Virus record (IMG/VR): IMGVR_UViG_3300030102_002633
Reading direction: 5' to 3' (one strand)
DNA: 34,686 nucleotides
Source: an uncultured virus (IMG/VR IMGVR_UViG_3300030102_002633)
Taxonomy: Duplodnaviria > Heunggongvirae > Uroviricota > Caudoviricetes
Part shown: one piece after another, positions 16,131 through 27,900 of the stretch
Layout of the letters: the number at the start of each line of letters is the position of its first letter
Numbering within the stretch: the stretch's first letter is position 1
Made by a program: the position numbers and the translations under genes
Notes under the pieces: model-generated
What the model was told of the DNA's origin: nothing
Database searches by the model: none
Seen by the model: only the letters and a program-made list of their open reading frames with translations

Positions 16131-16139
16131 GGGATAGGG

Positions 16140-17276
16140 ATGGTTACAGTAAATGCTTATGTCGGCAACCCATACAAATTGGTTTTCCCACTTCTATCAT
16201 CGGGTTATTTAGAAATAAACTACGATGAAACCGTAACACAGATAGAAGGAACATCTGGTACTGTTGGTGGTTCAGGAGATGATACAAACACTCCAACTGC
16301 TTCTACGATATCAGATGCAAGGGAGAGAAGAATATGGGGACATACTGGTGCGTTTACATTAGAATGTATGATAACTCCCTATGATGTAAATGGCTCTGCT
16401 AAGACAGGTGCTTCCGAGTTTGGTGTTTTGGATTCCACTAAAACTCCTCCTTATCCGAGTGATACTCTAAGCAATAGAAGTAGCACATATCAAAGCACAA
16501 GCATATTAGGAACATCAAGCGGAACTAAGTATACTGATTCTCCCTTGAAGATGATGTTATTTCACAATACGAATGTAAAATTGTATTTAGAGAACACAAC
16601 AGATAACAGTTACAATCAACCTGCTGAATACAAGATTGTTGCTGAATTTAAGAAAACTGGTGGAAATACAATCAAACTTGAAACTGATACAGTTATCAAA
16701 GCAGAGAACAGATTAACAGGATACTATGACCCATATGGATACTATGAAGGAAGCAGAACTTCTCTGACTAAATTAGATGATGCAAGTAGAGATATCTCCA
16801 ACACTTCAATGATAGAACTTGATACTTCTTCAAATGTTAACAAAGTAGGTAAAGGAACAGAACTGTTTGACCAAACAGGAACTTCAATTGGGAAGGTTGT
16901 TTCTATTGATACTAATGCCGGAACATTAACAATGAGTCAAGTTCAATCTGCATCTATTGGGTCAGCATATATCTCCCAATTGAAAGAAGCCCTTTACTTG
17001 GAGCAGATGTATAAGATATCATTTGTCTATCTAAAACACGCTGCCGAGATTTACTTAGATAACCAGTTAGTTGCTTCAATGAGTCATGCAGAACCGGATG
17101 TGGTAATACATCCAAGTGACATTAGACTATGTGGTAGTGGAACAACAAGTGAACAGTTCTATGGTGAACTATATGAAATAGCCATGTCAACTAATAACAC
17201 TGTTAATGTGTCAACAACTAAATCCCTTTCTCCAAGTTTCAGTAACATATTGTTTTACTTTAGGTTTGGTGAGTAG
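16140..17276 (+). CDS. Tail-tip protein with a split LamG/concanavalin-like domain
   Basis: AFTLECMITP ... YKISFVY..AEIYLDNQLV ... QFYGELYEIAM ... LFYFRFGE. Confidence 0.6.
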   Translation: MVTVNAYVGNPYKLVFPLLSSGYLEINYDETVTQIEGTSGTVGGSGDDTNTPTASTISDARERRIWGHTGAFTLECMITPYDVNGSAKTGASEFGVLDSTKTPPYPSDTLSNRSSTYQSTSILGTSSGTKYTDSPLKMMLFHNTNVKLYLENTTDNSYNQPAEYKIVAEFKKTGGNTIKLETDTVIKAENRLTGYYDPYGYYEGSRTSLTKLDDASRDISNTSMIELDTSSNVNKVGKGTELFDQTGTSIGKVVSIDTNAGTLTMSQVQSASIGSAYISQLKEALYLEQMYKISFVYLKHAAEIYLDNQLVASMSHAEPDVVIHPSDIRLCGSGTTSEQFYGELYEIAMSTNNTVNVSTTKSLSPSFSNILFYFRFGE

Positions 17277-20200
17277 ATGGGAGCAAATGATAACACTACT
17301 GGTAGGATGTTCTATCCAATCAACTCAGGTAAGAAGAGTAGTGATATCACAAACAGTTACGCAAATAGAAATGCTGAGTTTACTGGAAATGACGCATTCA
17401 AGAACGTGAGTGTAAATCCACAGTTCAAGACGATAGGTATTCAACAGGAGAACTCAACAACAGGAAGTTCCTTTGTTAACTCTGCTAATTTTATAGAAAT
17501 AAGAAACGCACCAAGAGCAACAGGGATATCCAATGATTCAGGAGATAAAATTGTTAACAGAATCTTACCAACAAATACTAACTTGGATTCTTATGGTGTA
17601 AATAATGATGAAACGAGTCCAAGCAAAATAAAGGTATATGATGCTAATGATTCTTTCAGTGAAACCAACAGGAAGTTTGTGTATGGTACAACCCTCTATC
17701 CTGATAGCGATACAGTAGGATTAGACATTGACAACTATGATTACTTTATTCTGATAAACCCCGAAATGACTTCTGCCGGAGCAAATAGGATAAGACCACA
17801 CTTTGCTAAGATAACTAGAATACTAGCCTTTGATGAGTTTGGTGATGGTTTGGAGTTTGAACCTGCATACCATACAAGCGTTGCATCACAGAGCAAGTTT
17901 GAGATTTTCAAAGGGCCATCCAAAACAGATACATCAGTTGTAGCAGTGAGTTATGGTCTTAGAGGGGATACTGATGCTAACACATCAAAGTACGATATTC
18001 TTCAAAGAGCAGTTAGACCAACGTTCTACTTCTACAATGATAGATTAGATGAGAAAAACCAATTAGACTATGCAGAGAAATACACTGCTACTTCTGAAAG
18101 ATATTGGGGATATGGAACAGAGATATCTATTGCAGGTAGAGATGCTCACACACAATATGTGAATACTACTACGCAGAAGTTTACGCTTCTAACTAATGCA
18201 GATTTAGACAAGTTTATTCACGGCCAATCAATATTCGATGCAAATAATACCTTTATCGGGAATGTAAAAGAAAAGACATATTCAGGGCTTTTGTATTCAT
18301 TCAAAATAGACTATGCTAGAACTGCACTGTCTTCTTTTAGTTCAACTAACTCAAGAATTGCAACCATTGGAACACATAGCATTTCAGGAATACCATCATC
18401 AAGTAGTGTTGGAAGTAACACATACTCGTCAACTGGTGGTAGTGGTAGTGGTGCTACTTTCACTATTGTAGTAGTTGAAGCATCAGGAGTTAGATTTGTT
18501 CAATCTGTTTCTCTCTCTTTTGGAGGCACTGGTTATACTGCGAGCGATAATCTTAGTGTAAATGTTGGAGGGGCTACTGTAACAATACCTGTTGCCTCTG
18601 TTACAAGTGATGACATTAAAATAAAAATAGGAAAAACAATACAGAACGTAGTATTCAAAACTAAAGGTAAATATTCCAATACAATACAGAGTTTAGGTGA
18701 AAACAGAATATCTGCTACATTGGTTGACTCTAACAGAACTTCTGATGAAGCAGATAACTCATTTGATGCAACGAGATGGCAAACTGCTTTTCCTAAAATG
18801 AAAAGACATTCTCAGGATTTAATTACTGCTACTGCTAACTCATTAGATGGTAATTTGACTGGCCCTAACAGATACATCACATTTGAAAAAGCAGAATACA
18901 AGAATAGCAAGGTTGAGCCGAGTATCAGTGCTTCTCTCAATAGTCCTAAGAATAAACTTACAAAACTCGTTAGGTTTCAAATCGTTGATAATAGTGGTCT
19001 GCAACATTTGAAAATAAAGGAAAATTCAGACTTAAAAATAAGAAGAAACCTACATAGTGGTACTTTTACTAAAAAAGAATTTATTGGTTTTGCTAAATCA
19101 ATATCTTCTCCTAATAATAAAATACAATTGAGCGAACTAAAGAGTGAGATTGATTTGAAACATATTCTAAGTGTTAATGATATTATTGAATTAAATGGAT
19201 ATCATTTTGTTGTTAATTCAATAGAAGATAAATCAAGCGATACTGAACAAGCCATTGTCATCAAAGATAGAAAGTTGAAAACGGCTAAGGTTTGGGAATC
19301 AGATTCAGAAGTTCCTACATTTGATAGAGAGAAATTGTTCTTAATGCCTTTTACTGGTGTTTTGAATTTAAACTTTGAAAGTGATACAGAAGTATTGTTA
19401 GATGACACTGGTAATTTCCAAACTCTAACTATGAATGGAGTTGCAGTAAACAAAACAGATAGCAAACTACACAAGTCGTTTTTATCACCACTGTTTTACA
19501 ATAGTCATTTAATTGAAGTAGACTATGCAGATAAGAACAATAAATATGCTAAGATTATAGATAGTGATAAGACGTTTTACCAAAAGTCAAATGTTTCTGC
19601 AAGTAGATTGTATTACTACGATGGAGCATTTAGTATATCAGAACAAGTGTTTAGTGGTAGTGTTGATGACTTAGAGTTTATCACGGAACAAGGAAATACA
19701 ACTGTTAAGGTAACAGGTAGAGATGACACAAGTAAATTACTTGGTAAAACTATAACCAAATCTCTAACACATCATAGTGATATTGTAAAAACAACATTAC
19801 CGCCTACTATTACTACGTTTACAAATCTAACAGGGCTAACTGTCACTACGATTGGGTCTACAAGCATAAGTGTTTCAGGGACACCAAGTTCAGCATTTAA
19901 AAAATATATGCTCTTATTTGATGGAGATAGTAATTTTATTGGAGAAGTAAACGATTATATTCTAGTTCTTGGTTCAGTATATTCTATTACGTTTACTCAT
20001 GAACATTATTGCACTAAGACTGTTAGTGAATTAAATACTAGTGGGTTCAAATTCTATCATCCCTATTCTACTACTCAATACAATCAAATTGCAGGGACTA
20101 AATCTTTGCAAAGCAATGTCTTACACAGTGTAGGAGTAGGTGATTTCACTTCAATTAGTGAAAGAGGTCTATCTTTTAGAAAAGGGTTGAATATTGATTA

Positions 20201-23200
20201 TGATGGTTCTTTCAGTTATACTCCTTTGAGTTTGAGTTCTAATCAGAGTAATTCTTCTGCCGATACATTGGGATATGACATTTCATCACCCATTTCAATA
20301 TCAACTGATGATGCAGTATTTGCTTTTAATATTGGAAACGAAAATGGAGTGACAGTAGATAAACAGGATATAATGACAGTCAATTCTGAATTGTTTGATG
20401 TAGTTAAAGTAAGTGAGCAAGATAATGCTTCTACTGTTTTAGAGATAGCCCCTACATTTCCTATGGTGTTAGGCAGAATAGATAGTAACACTTCTGATAG
20501 TAGAGGAAACGCAAAATTGTATCTTGTAAATAATAACATAGAAACTGGTGGATTTATTCATAGATTAAAGGATAAGTTTGTTGGAGGAGATGGGATTGTT
20601 CAATTTGCTCCAACAGACACAATAAGATACTGGGATTTGCAGTTAATAAGACCAAATACTTTAGTTAGAACAGTAGATAGCATATACAGTACAGGTTCAA
20701 AACCCCAAGCAATACAAGGATATGCAGTTGGATATGGTATTGATGCGACAGGAACTACAAAATCTGTTACAGAAACACCCGACAACAAACCAATTAACGG
20801 TAGTAATACCTTAAGTGGTTGGAATCATTTGTCTAATTTCTATGGCGACTATCCACTGATAACAACATACCCCTCTCATTCTAATGGTGTAAGTGGGGAA
20901 ACTGACATTATGTATTCTGAGTTTGAGCAAATTGACCCAAGAAGTTTAACTTATGAATTACTTGCAACCGGAGATATATTCCCTTCATCGAAACAAAGAC
21001 ACAATAGTTTGTTCAATACAAACCACGCAAGGGGATTCAATAATTACGGAATTATGTTAGAAACACTATCAGGTCAAACAAGTAGCACATCTCACCAAAA
21101 ATATACGGGAACTACATCTCAGACTTTGAAGAGGGATATACACTTTGAGTCTGCATCCATAGTAGATAGTAGTCCAGTGAACACTGACCAAATCAGAAGG
21201 TGGGGTGTGATACGTTTAGTTGAAGCAACCTTTGACTGGCATTTCAATCCATTGGATTTTGACTCATTAGCAGATAGTTTTGATTCATTGAAGTATTTTG
21301 ACTATGTTATGATAAGGAAACCAGTTCAACTCAATGGATATACTTTGGAAGTTTCTGATGGTGATGCTGATGGAACTCTATTAGCACAAATGACTGCGGG
21401 TGATTTAGCCTACAAGAAAGATGCAATAGGAACTAACAGTAGTGAAAGTAAAGCAGGTTTGAGAATATTAGGTGATACTCATAGTGGTTTTGCTGCATAT
21501 CGTGCTAGTAATACAACCGGAGTAAATAGTAATTTTACAGATAATTATGGGACTATAATAGGAGAAAACCCTGCTAATAACATACTGAGATTTGATGGAA
21601 TAACAGTTAATGGAACTACTTTCAAAGGAGTTGAGAGTTTTAGGTTGTTCACCGATGACCAAATCTCTCTCAATGCTTTGGAAACTGCTACTGATGTAGG
21701 AATTTTTATTGATAGAGTAAACGGGCATAAGGACATAAACTTCCATAGAAGTTGGATTACACATCCACCTGTTGATTATACAGACGGTACTAATGGGTTT
21801 ATGCACCAGTTGTTGAAGAACTCTGACGGTGATAAATACGACCCAATGAATGTTATTCTCCCCATAATCGCAGAGAACAAGTCAGGTAATAGCGATAAGA
21901 ACGACAAACTATTCTCGCCTTTCCATAGACAAGACCATTGGGATAATGCTGCTACAACTGGTTTAACTTCTTCAAATGGTATAGATATGTTACATATGTC
22001 GAGAGTCATAAGTGGGTTAGTCAAGCCTTCATACGGGCAAGGGCCAAGTTTAGACAAGGGAGATATAGAATTATTAGGATTAGGACAAGGAGATGTGTAT
22101 GCTAACTGTATTGGTCTATTTAGAAACCTTGAGGCAATAGGTGAGTCAACAAACCTATACCTAAAGTGGGACGACTCGATTCCCTTGATAAGTAGTCCAT
22201 TGGGTAGGACTGACACAACAAATTATTCTACTAGGGAAGGATATAATATGGGTTCAAGTAAATTTAACAGTTATTCTCACAGTGTACTACTCGGTACAAA
22301 TACATACGGAGCGAACACGGATAGTGACCAACATTCAGAATCAACAAGATTGTATGAATGGACTAACCCCGATGTTACTTCTTACAACACAGGAAGCCCT
22401 GTTTTAACATCTCAAAATTACAAAGCATCTATGTTGGGTATACATACTACTGCGTATCCATTTGATAAAAAAGGAACAATGTCGGCAGCACGTAGAGGCT
22501 CTGATTATCGAGGTTTTGACCACACCACTCATACTAACATATTAGGTAATTCCGTTGATAACTGGGGTCAGATGTGGGCTTCTCAATTCATTGTCAAACC
22601 CACATTCAACTTAACTGCTTCTTCCAGTTTAGTGTATTCAAACTCAAATAAAACAATAACTTTCAATCTCGATGATTCTTCCACTCATAACTGGTTAAGT
22701 TTCATGCCTAATTTAAAGGGGTATTATTTGGTTTCTGAGTCATTGGTAGATGGTGACACTCTAAGAAACGCAAAGCATCATGGTGTTCCGAAGTTTATCG
22801 CTAAGATAGTCAACCACACTATCTCTACTGCCCCTAACCATGTTCCGGGCAATACTACTGCAAGTACCTTTGAGGCTCAACAGATTGAGTTTGACACTGC
22901 AATTGATGTTTCCTCCAATGGAGCAAATTACAGATTAATGAGGATATCAGAAACCACCTTTGACGATACTCCTGAAAAGATAGAGTTCAATGTAATGAAA
23001 GACACTGGATTAGATTACAATTTAACTTCTGTTAACTTTAGAACTGGTAAGGGGAGCAATGATGATAAAACAAATGATAAGAGATTCCATGAAACAGTTT
23101 ATTCAATGTATTTGAGATTGGATATTGATAATCCTATATTGGGTTCAGAGAGCAATCCATTCATAGAAGCAAGAAACACAACGAGGGCAAAAGTTGGTTT

Positions 23201-24569
23201 CACAGAAGGAGAGACAATTACTGCTTTTGTCTCTGACGGTAACACAAAAAGAAAGGTAGAATTGACTGTAAGTTTAACAAGACAAAAGCAGACAACATCT
23301 TCTACTGAGCCTTGTTTAGTGTTTACCTATGGGGGTAGATTAAATGGTAATGGAGTTGTTTCTTTTGGTGAGGTCATAGACGTTACATTAGGAAGAAAAC
23401 CAAGACTAAAAAGATTAACCCGATGTTATATTGGAACTTCATTTGATATTGGTTCTAATATAGACACAGAATTGAATAATGTAATAGCAGACGCAGGTTT
23501 AGAATATGATTTTACTAATAGTAATGCAATATTTACAACAAACATAGTAAACACAAATACCTCAACCACAATTGTTTGTTTAGAGAATGTTGTTGAATTA
23601 AGTGCAGGTGATGTAATATACACCCAAGAAGGACATCTAATAGGAGAGATACTTTCTATTAACAACAAAACAATAACCTTTGCAAGTGGGAAAAAGTATT
23701 ACACTCCTCCTCAATACTCAAACATCATCAAATTAAATGAAAGAACCTTTGTTAGCAATATAAAACTAACAAGTTCTGATGTTTATAGCACGATTAATTC
23801 ACTAACAAGTATGAAAGGTATGGACTATAAGATACAAAACAACAAAGTTATTTTCAGAAACTTTGAAGATACTTCAAGTCTTTTAAGAAAAGAAGTAACT
23901 TTTTCAGATTTAACAGGTGCAAGCCCAATTAGCAATAACGTTTCTTTATTAGATAAAGTAAACAGAGTGGAAGTTAAGGGAGATGGGGTCGAACACGCTG
24001 TTGAACTATTTACTACTTCAGATACCAAGACAATGAAAATAAATGACTCATCCATAACTACAATACAAGAAGCAGAAATACGAGGAATGAAATTACTACA
24101 AATACATAATTCAGATGCGAGAAAAATAACGTTAGAAATAAACTCAAAGGGATTTGAGTTATTAGAAGCAGGGGATTTACTACATTTGAACTTCCCTACA
24201 TATAACGTGCCAAAGGGAGATTACATAATATTTGAAATTGAAAACGTCTTAGGGCCAACTATGAAAATGACAGTTGGAACTTACAATAAAGGAATTGCAG
24301 AGAGATTAAGTGAAATATCACAAGAAGGCAGTCAAAACATTAGTCACATTCTAAGTGCAAATGCAGAAGGAAGTTCAGGTCAGAAAACCATATTTGAACC
24401 AATGAATCTTAAAGTAACTGAATTAGAATACACAGTGCGTGGTGGATTAACCGATTCAAACATAGGCTTTGACGATATAGCAGGTTTCACTGAAACAGTA
24501 GGGTTTGATATCGTTGCAACGGGTGAAATAGGAATAAAGAAGGAATACAAGGATAGATTCTATGATTAG
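17277..24569 (+). CDS. Very large tail-tip/baseplate hub protein (Tal/gp27-like core with long insertions)
   Basis: 2430 aa; hub-like segments VFSGSVDD...VKVTGRDDTSKLL and INSLTSMKGMDYKIQNNKVIFR...NRVEVKG...LEAGDLLHL...YIIFEIEN. Confidence 0.75.
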   Translation: MGANDNTTGRMFYPINSGKKSSDITNSYANRNAEFTGNDAFKNVSVNPQFKTIGIQQENSTTGSSFVNSANFIEIRNAPRATGISNDSGDKIVNRILPTNTNLDSYGVNNDETSPSKIKVYDANDSFSETNRKFVYGTTLYPDSDTVGLDIDNYDYFILINPEMTSAGANRIRPHFAKITRILAFDEFGDGLEFEPAYHTSVASQSKFEIFKGPSKTDTSVVAVSYGLRGDTDANTSKYDILQRAVRPTFYFYNDRLDEKNQLDYAEKYTATSERYWGYGTEISIAGRDAHTQYVNTTTQKFTLLTNADLDKFIHGQSIFDANNTFIGNVKEKTYSGLLYSFKIDYARTALSSFSSTNSRIATIGTHSISGIPSSSSVGSNTYSSTGGSGSGATFTIVVVEASGVRFVQSVSLSFGGTGYTASDNLSVNVGGATVTIPVASVTSDDIKIKIGKTIQNVVFKTKGKYSNTIQSLGENRISATLVDSNRTSDEADNSFDATRWQTAFPKMKRHSQDLITATANSLDGNLTGPNRYITFEKAEYKNSKVEPSISASLNSPKNKLTKLVRFQIVDNSGLQHLKIKENSDLKIRRNLHSGTFTKKEFIGFAKSISSPNNKIQLSELKSEIDLKHILSVNDIIELNGYHFVVNSIEDKSSDTEQAIVIKDRKLKTAKVWESDSEVPTFDREKLFLMPFTGVLNLNFESDTEVLLDDTGNFQTLTMNGVAVNKTDSKLHKSFLSPLFYNSHLIEVDYADKNNKYAKIIDSDKTFYQKSNVSASRLYYYDGAFSISEQVFSGSVDDLEFITEQGNTTVKVTGRDDTSKLLGKTITKSLTHHSDIVKTTLPPTITTFTNLTGLTVTTIGSTSISVSGTPSSAFKKYMLLFDGDSNFIGEVNDYILVLGSVYSITFTHEHYCTKTVSELNTSGFKFYHPYSTTQYNQIAGTKSLQSNVLHSVGVGDFTSISERGLSFRKGLNIDYDGSFSYTPLSLSSNQSNSSADTLGYDISSPISISTDDAVFAFNIGNENGVTVDKQDIMTVNSELFDVVKVSEQDNASTVLEIAPTFPMVLGRIDSNTSDSRGNAKLYLVNNNIETGGFIHRLKDKFVGGDGIVQFAPTDTIRYWDLQLIRPNTLVRTVDSIYSTGSKPQAIQGYAVGYGIDATGTTKSVTETPDNKPINGSNTLSGWNHLSNFYGDYPLITTYPSHSNGVSGETDIMYSEFEQIDPRSLTYELLATGDIFPSSKQRHNSLFNTNHARGFNNYGIMLETLSGQTSSTSHQKYTGTTSQTLKRDIHFESASIVDSSPVNTDQIRRWGVIRLVEATFDWHFNPLDFDSLADSFDSLKYFDYVMIRKPVQLNGYTLEVSDGDADGTLLAQMTAGDLAYKKDAIGTNSSESKAGLRILGDTHSGFAAYRASNTTGVNSNFTDNYGTIIGENPANNILRFDGITVNGTTFKGVESFRLFTDDQISLNALETATDVGIFIDRVNGHKDINFHRSWITHPPVDYTDGTNGFMHQLLKNSDGDKYDPMNVILPIIAENKSGNSDKNDKLFSPFHRQDHWDNAATTGLTSSNGIDMLHMSRVISGLVKPSYGQGPSLDKGDIELLGLGQGDVYANCIGLFRNLEAIGESTNLYLKWDDSIPLISSPLGRTDTTNYSTREGYNMGSSKFNSYSHSVLLGTNTYGANTDSDQHSESTRLYEWTNPDVTSYNTGSPVLTSQNYKASMLGIHTTAYPFDKKGTMSAARRGSDYRGFDHTTHTNILGNSVDNWGQMWASQFIVKPTFNLTASSSLVYSNSNKTITFNLDDSSTHNWLSFMPNLKGYYLVSESLVDGDTLRNAKHHGVPKFIAKIVNHTISTAPNHVPGNTTASTFEAQQIEFDTAIDVSSNGANYRLMRISETTFDDTPEKIEFNVMKDTGLDYNLTSVNFRTGKGSNDDKTNDKRFHETVYSMYLRLDIDNPILGSESNPFIEARNTTRAKVGFTEGETITAFVSDGNTKRKVELTVSLTRQKQTTSSTEPCLVFTYGGRLNGNGVVSFGEVIDVTLGRKPRLKRLTRCYIGTSFDIGSNIDTELNNVIADAGLEYDFTNSNAIFTTNIVNTNTSTTIVCLENVVELSAGDVIYTQEGHLIGEILSINNKTITFASGKKYYTPPQYSNIIKLNERTFVSNIKLTSSDVYSTINSLTSMKGMDYKIQNNKVIFRNFEDTSSLLRKEVTFSDLTGASPISNNVSLLDKVNRVEVKGDGVEHAVELFTTSDTKTMKINDSSITTIQEAEIRGMKLLQIHNSDARKITLEINSKGFELLEAGDLLHLNFPTYNVPKGDYIIFEIENVLGPTMKMTVGTYNKGIAERLSEISQEGSQNISHILSANAEGSSGQKTIFEPMNLKVTELEYTVRGGLTDSNIGFDDIAGFTETVGFDIVATGEIGIKKEYKDRFYD

Positions 24570-24580
24570 GAGGAAAGAAA

Positions 24581-24919
24581 ATGATAGCAGATGAAGGAGT
24601 ATCGGATATAATAGCGAATTACATTCAAGGTAATTACACGAAAATAAAGGTTGGAAGTGGAGGTGATGCTCCATCAGAGGCAGATACAGAATTAGATTCC
24701 TTCGTTGCAGAAAAGACGGTTACGCCTTCTTTAATAGGAACTGTAATGACTTGGACAGTTGAGTTTACTGGTGCAGAAATTGGTCTTGAAGGTATATCAG
24801 AACTAGGAATTTTCAAGTCATCAGGAGATAAAATGTTAAGTCGGGTCACATTCAGCAATACAGGAGTGTTGGCATCAGCAGACACATTGACTATAACAAT
24901 TAGAGTGGAGGTAGGTTAA
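24581..24919 (+). CDS. Small tail-fibre attachment/baseplate protein
   Basis: AGGAGG RBS; IKVGSG...DTELD...EFTGAE...ISELGIF...MLSRVTF resembles tail-fibre N-terminal/collar domains. Confidence 0.7.
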   Translation: MIADEGVSDIIANYIQGNYTKIKVGSGGDAPSEADTELDSFVAEKTVTPSLIGTVMTWTVEFTGAEIGLEGISELGIFKSSGDKMLSRVTFSNTGVLASADTLTITIRVEVG

Positions 24920-27900
24920 TGTCACTAAGAACTAATCCAAATTTTATCAGCACATTGTCTGCTTCTCCCTCACTTAGAATAACTGATGGAACAGACAGTT
25001 TGCATAGTGGTCTGATTAATTCATTAAATATTGCAACTGGTGGAAATAGAATCATAAATGGATTCGATATTACATTATCTCAAGGAACAACCTATACAGT
25101 TTACACGATTACCTCGGCTACCAATACATATCTTAGAGATGGTATTTTATCTACCATTGCAGAAGATACCGCAGTAACTCAATCAATTACAATGGCTTCA
25201 TCGAGCGACCCAACATATCTAATGTTAGTAATTGCATCAGGGAGTCCTGATACACTTGCTTTGAGAGAACATACAGTTGCTAACAAGGTAGCCCCTTTAT
25301 CAGCAGATGATATTCCAATAGCAATAATAGAAGTTGCAGCAAACAGTTCGGCAAAAGCAACCGATAGAAGAGTTCAATTCTTAGGATATGAGCAAACAAA
25401 TCAAGGTCTTAGTATAATAGATAACAATGCTGAAACTATACGAATAAACAAAGATGGGACTATTACAAAGGGTTCAGGAACGCTGACTCTACCTTCTACG
25501 ACAGGTACTATTGCTCTACTATCAGACATAGAATATACTTCTGCAATACCAAATGCAACTGCATCTCAAACAGGTTTGGCTACATCAACTCAGATAACTA
25601 AGTTAGATGGAATCGCCGCCAATGCAAACAATTACTCTCTTCCCGCCGCTACTGCTAATGCTCTTGGTGGAATAAAAGTAGGTGATAATCTAAGTATAGA
25701 TGGTAGTGGAGTTCTTTCTGCTACTGATACAGATATTCAACTTACTAACGAGCAGGTTCAAGATATTGTAGGTGCAATGTTTTCAGGAAATACAGAAACA
25801 GGAATCAGTGCAACATATCAAGATGGTGACGGAACTATTGACCTAAGCGTTACTGCATTGAATGATGATGTTAGTGTAAGTAATTTGGAAAGTAGATTAC
25901 CACAAATAGACACTCCTGTAACAATAGGAAACGGTGTAGGAGTAACAATGGGAGGTAATCTCACTGTTAGCGGTAATTTAGTCGTAAGCGGTTCTACTAC
26001 AACTCTTGATGTAGCAAACTTAGCAATAGAAGATAATACCATTCTATTGAATAAGAACCAAACAGGTAACTCATCTACTGATGCAGGTATAGAAGTAGAA
26101 AGAGGAAACTACACGAATGTTCAGATTAAGTGGAATGAAACAACTAACAGATGGACTTTCACCAATGATGGTAATAACTACTTCAACATACCAATAACAT
26201 CAGAACTTGCAAACCCATACACACACCCAACATACTCTACTACCAACATTGATACAACTGGTGCAGAAATAGTTGATAGCATAACCACTAACTCTACTGG
26301 TCATATTACTGCAATGGCTAAGAGAACTCTAACTCTTGCTGACTTGGGATATACAGGAAGTGCAGATGCAAACACATATGTTCATCCTAACCATTCAGGG
26401 GATGTAACATCCAGTGCAGATGGTGCAACCACAATATCTGCTAACGCAGTTACAACTGCTAAGATATCGGATAGTGCAGTTACAGGTGCTAAATTAGCAA
26501 GTAATTCCATTACAGATGTCAAGGTAGATTCTAACGCCGCAATCGCACAAAGCAAAATTAGCGGTTTAGTTGCATCTCTTGCCGGAAAAGAACCTGCTCT
26601 TACTATTAGTGATGGTCTTGATAGAACAAGTGCTACATTGAAGTTAGACATAACAGGATTAACCAATGAAAATGCAATAGACAGAACTGCCGACTTTATC
26701 GCTTTCCATGACAATTCCGTTGGTTTGAGAAAGGTGAATCTTGAAAATGTATTCTCAAAACTAACTGCAAGCGACATTCCTAATTTGAGTGGTTCATATC
26801 GAGCAGTTGGAACTCAGATAGTAAACGCTGATGTTAGTAATACTGCGGCGATAAGTGCCGATAAAATTACGGCGGGAACAACTAACAAACTATTCACAAG
26901 TACATTAGAAGCAAAACTAGCAGGTATTGCAACAGGTGCAGAAGTTAACGTTCAAGCAGATTGGAGTGAATCTAGTAATAGTTCTGATGCGTATATTCAG
27001 AACAAACCAACAATACCTAGTGGTAATCAGATTATTGATTGGACTGCAAATGGAGCGGGAACTATTCATGCTTCAAACTATACAAACACAACATACTCTG
27101 TTGGTGATGGTGGATTATCACAAAAGAATTTCACCACTGCTTTACATGATAAGTTAGTTGGAATTGCAGCAAACGCAAACAACTTCTCTCTCACAAATGG
27201 TTCTGTAACTAATGCTCATCTTGCAGGTAGCATTGCTAATTCTAAACTGGATGATATAGCACAAAGCAAGGTAACTGGATTAGTTACTGCTCTAAACTCT
27301 AAGGTTGAGAATCTTGGTGATTTGAGTATAACTGCATCTGCTTCTGAACTTAACATATTAGATGGTGTAACAAACGTAAGTGCTACTGAGATAGGATACT
27401 TGGATGGAGTTACATCATCAATACAAACTCAATTAAACGCTAAACTCTCTTCATTGGCGGTTACAGGACTAAGTGATATTTCTACTTTCAATACCAGCAT
27501 AGACAGTGGAGCGTCAAACAGTGGATTGGCAAGCACTCTTGCAATTAAGAATTATGTGGATGGTAAAGCAACAGTTGATACTACTTACTCATTAACAACC
27601 GCAGATGGAACAGATACCAATGGAGATGATGACCCAACATTCAAGACAATCAATCTTGCTGATAATACAAGTGGTTCAGGTAGTGTAGTTCACTTAGCAG
27701 TAGGAGCGGGTCTTGGTATCTCAAGAAATGCTGCCAACAATACACTAACATTAACCAACACTGGTAGTTCTTTAACAAAAGCAACGCTAACACCTGTTCT
27801 TGCTTCCTACAATGGAACAGACACATTGAACATAGGAGATACAGATAATGATACTACTGTAAATATTCGTGGTAATCTAAATGTCTTAGGAACTACAACA

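Noticed and set aside
17206..17409. 67-aa plus-strand ORF
   Set aside because: Overlaps two well-supported genes that abut directly (TAG ATG at 17274-17279).
26927..27157. 76-aa plus-strand ORF
   Set aside because: Off-frame inside the giant fibre gene, TTG start, no RBS.
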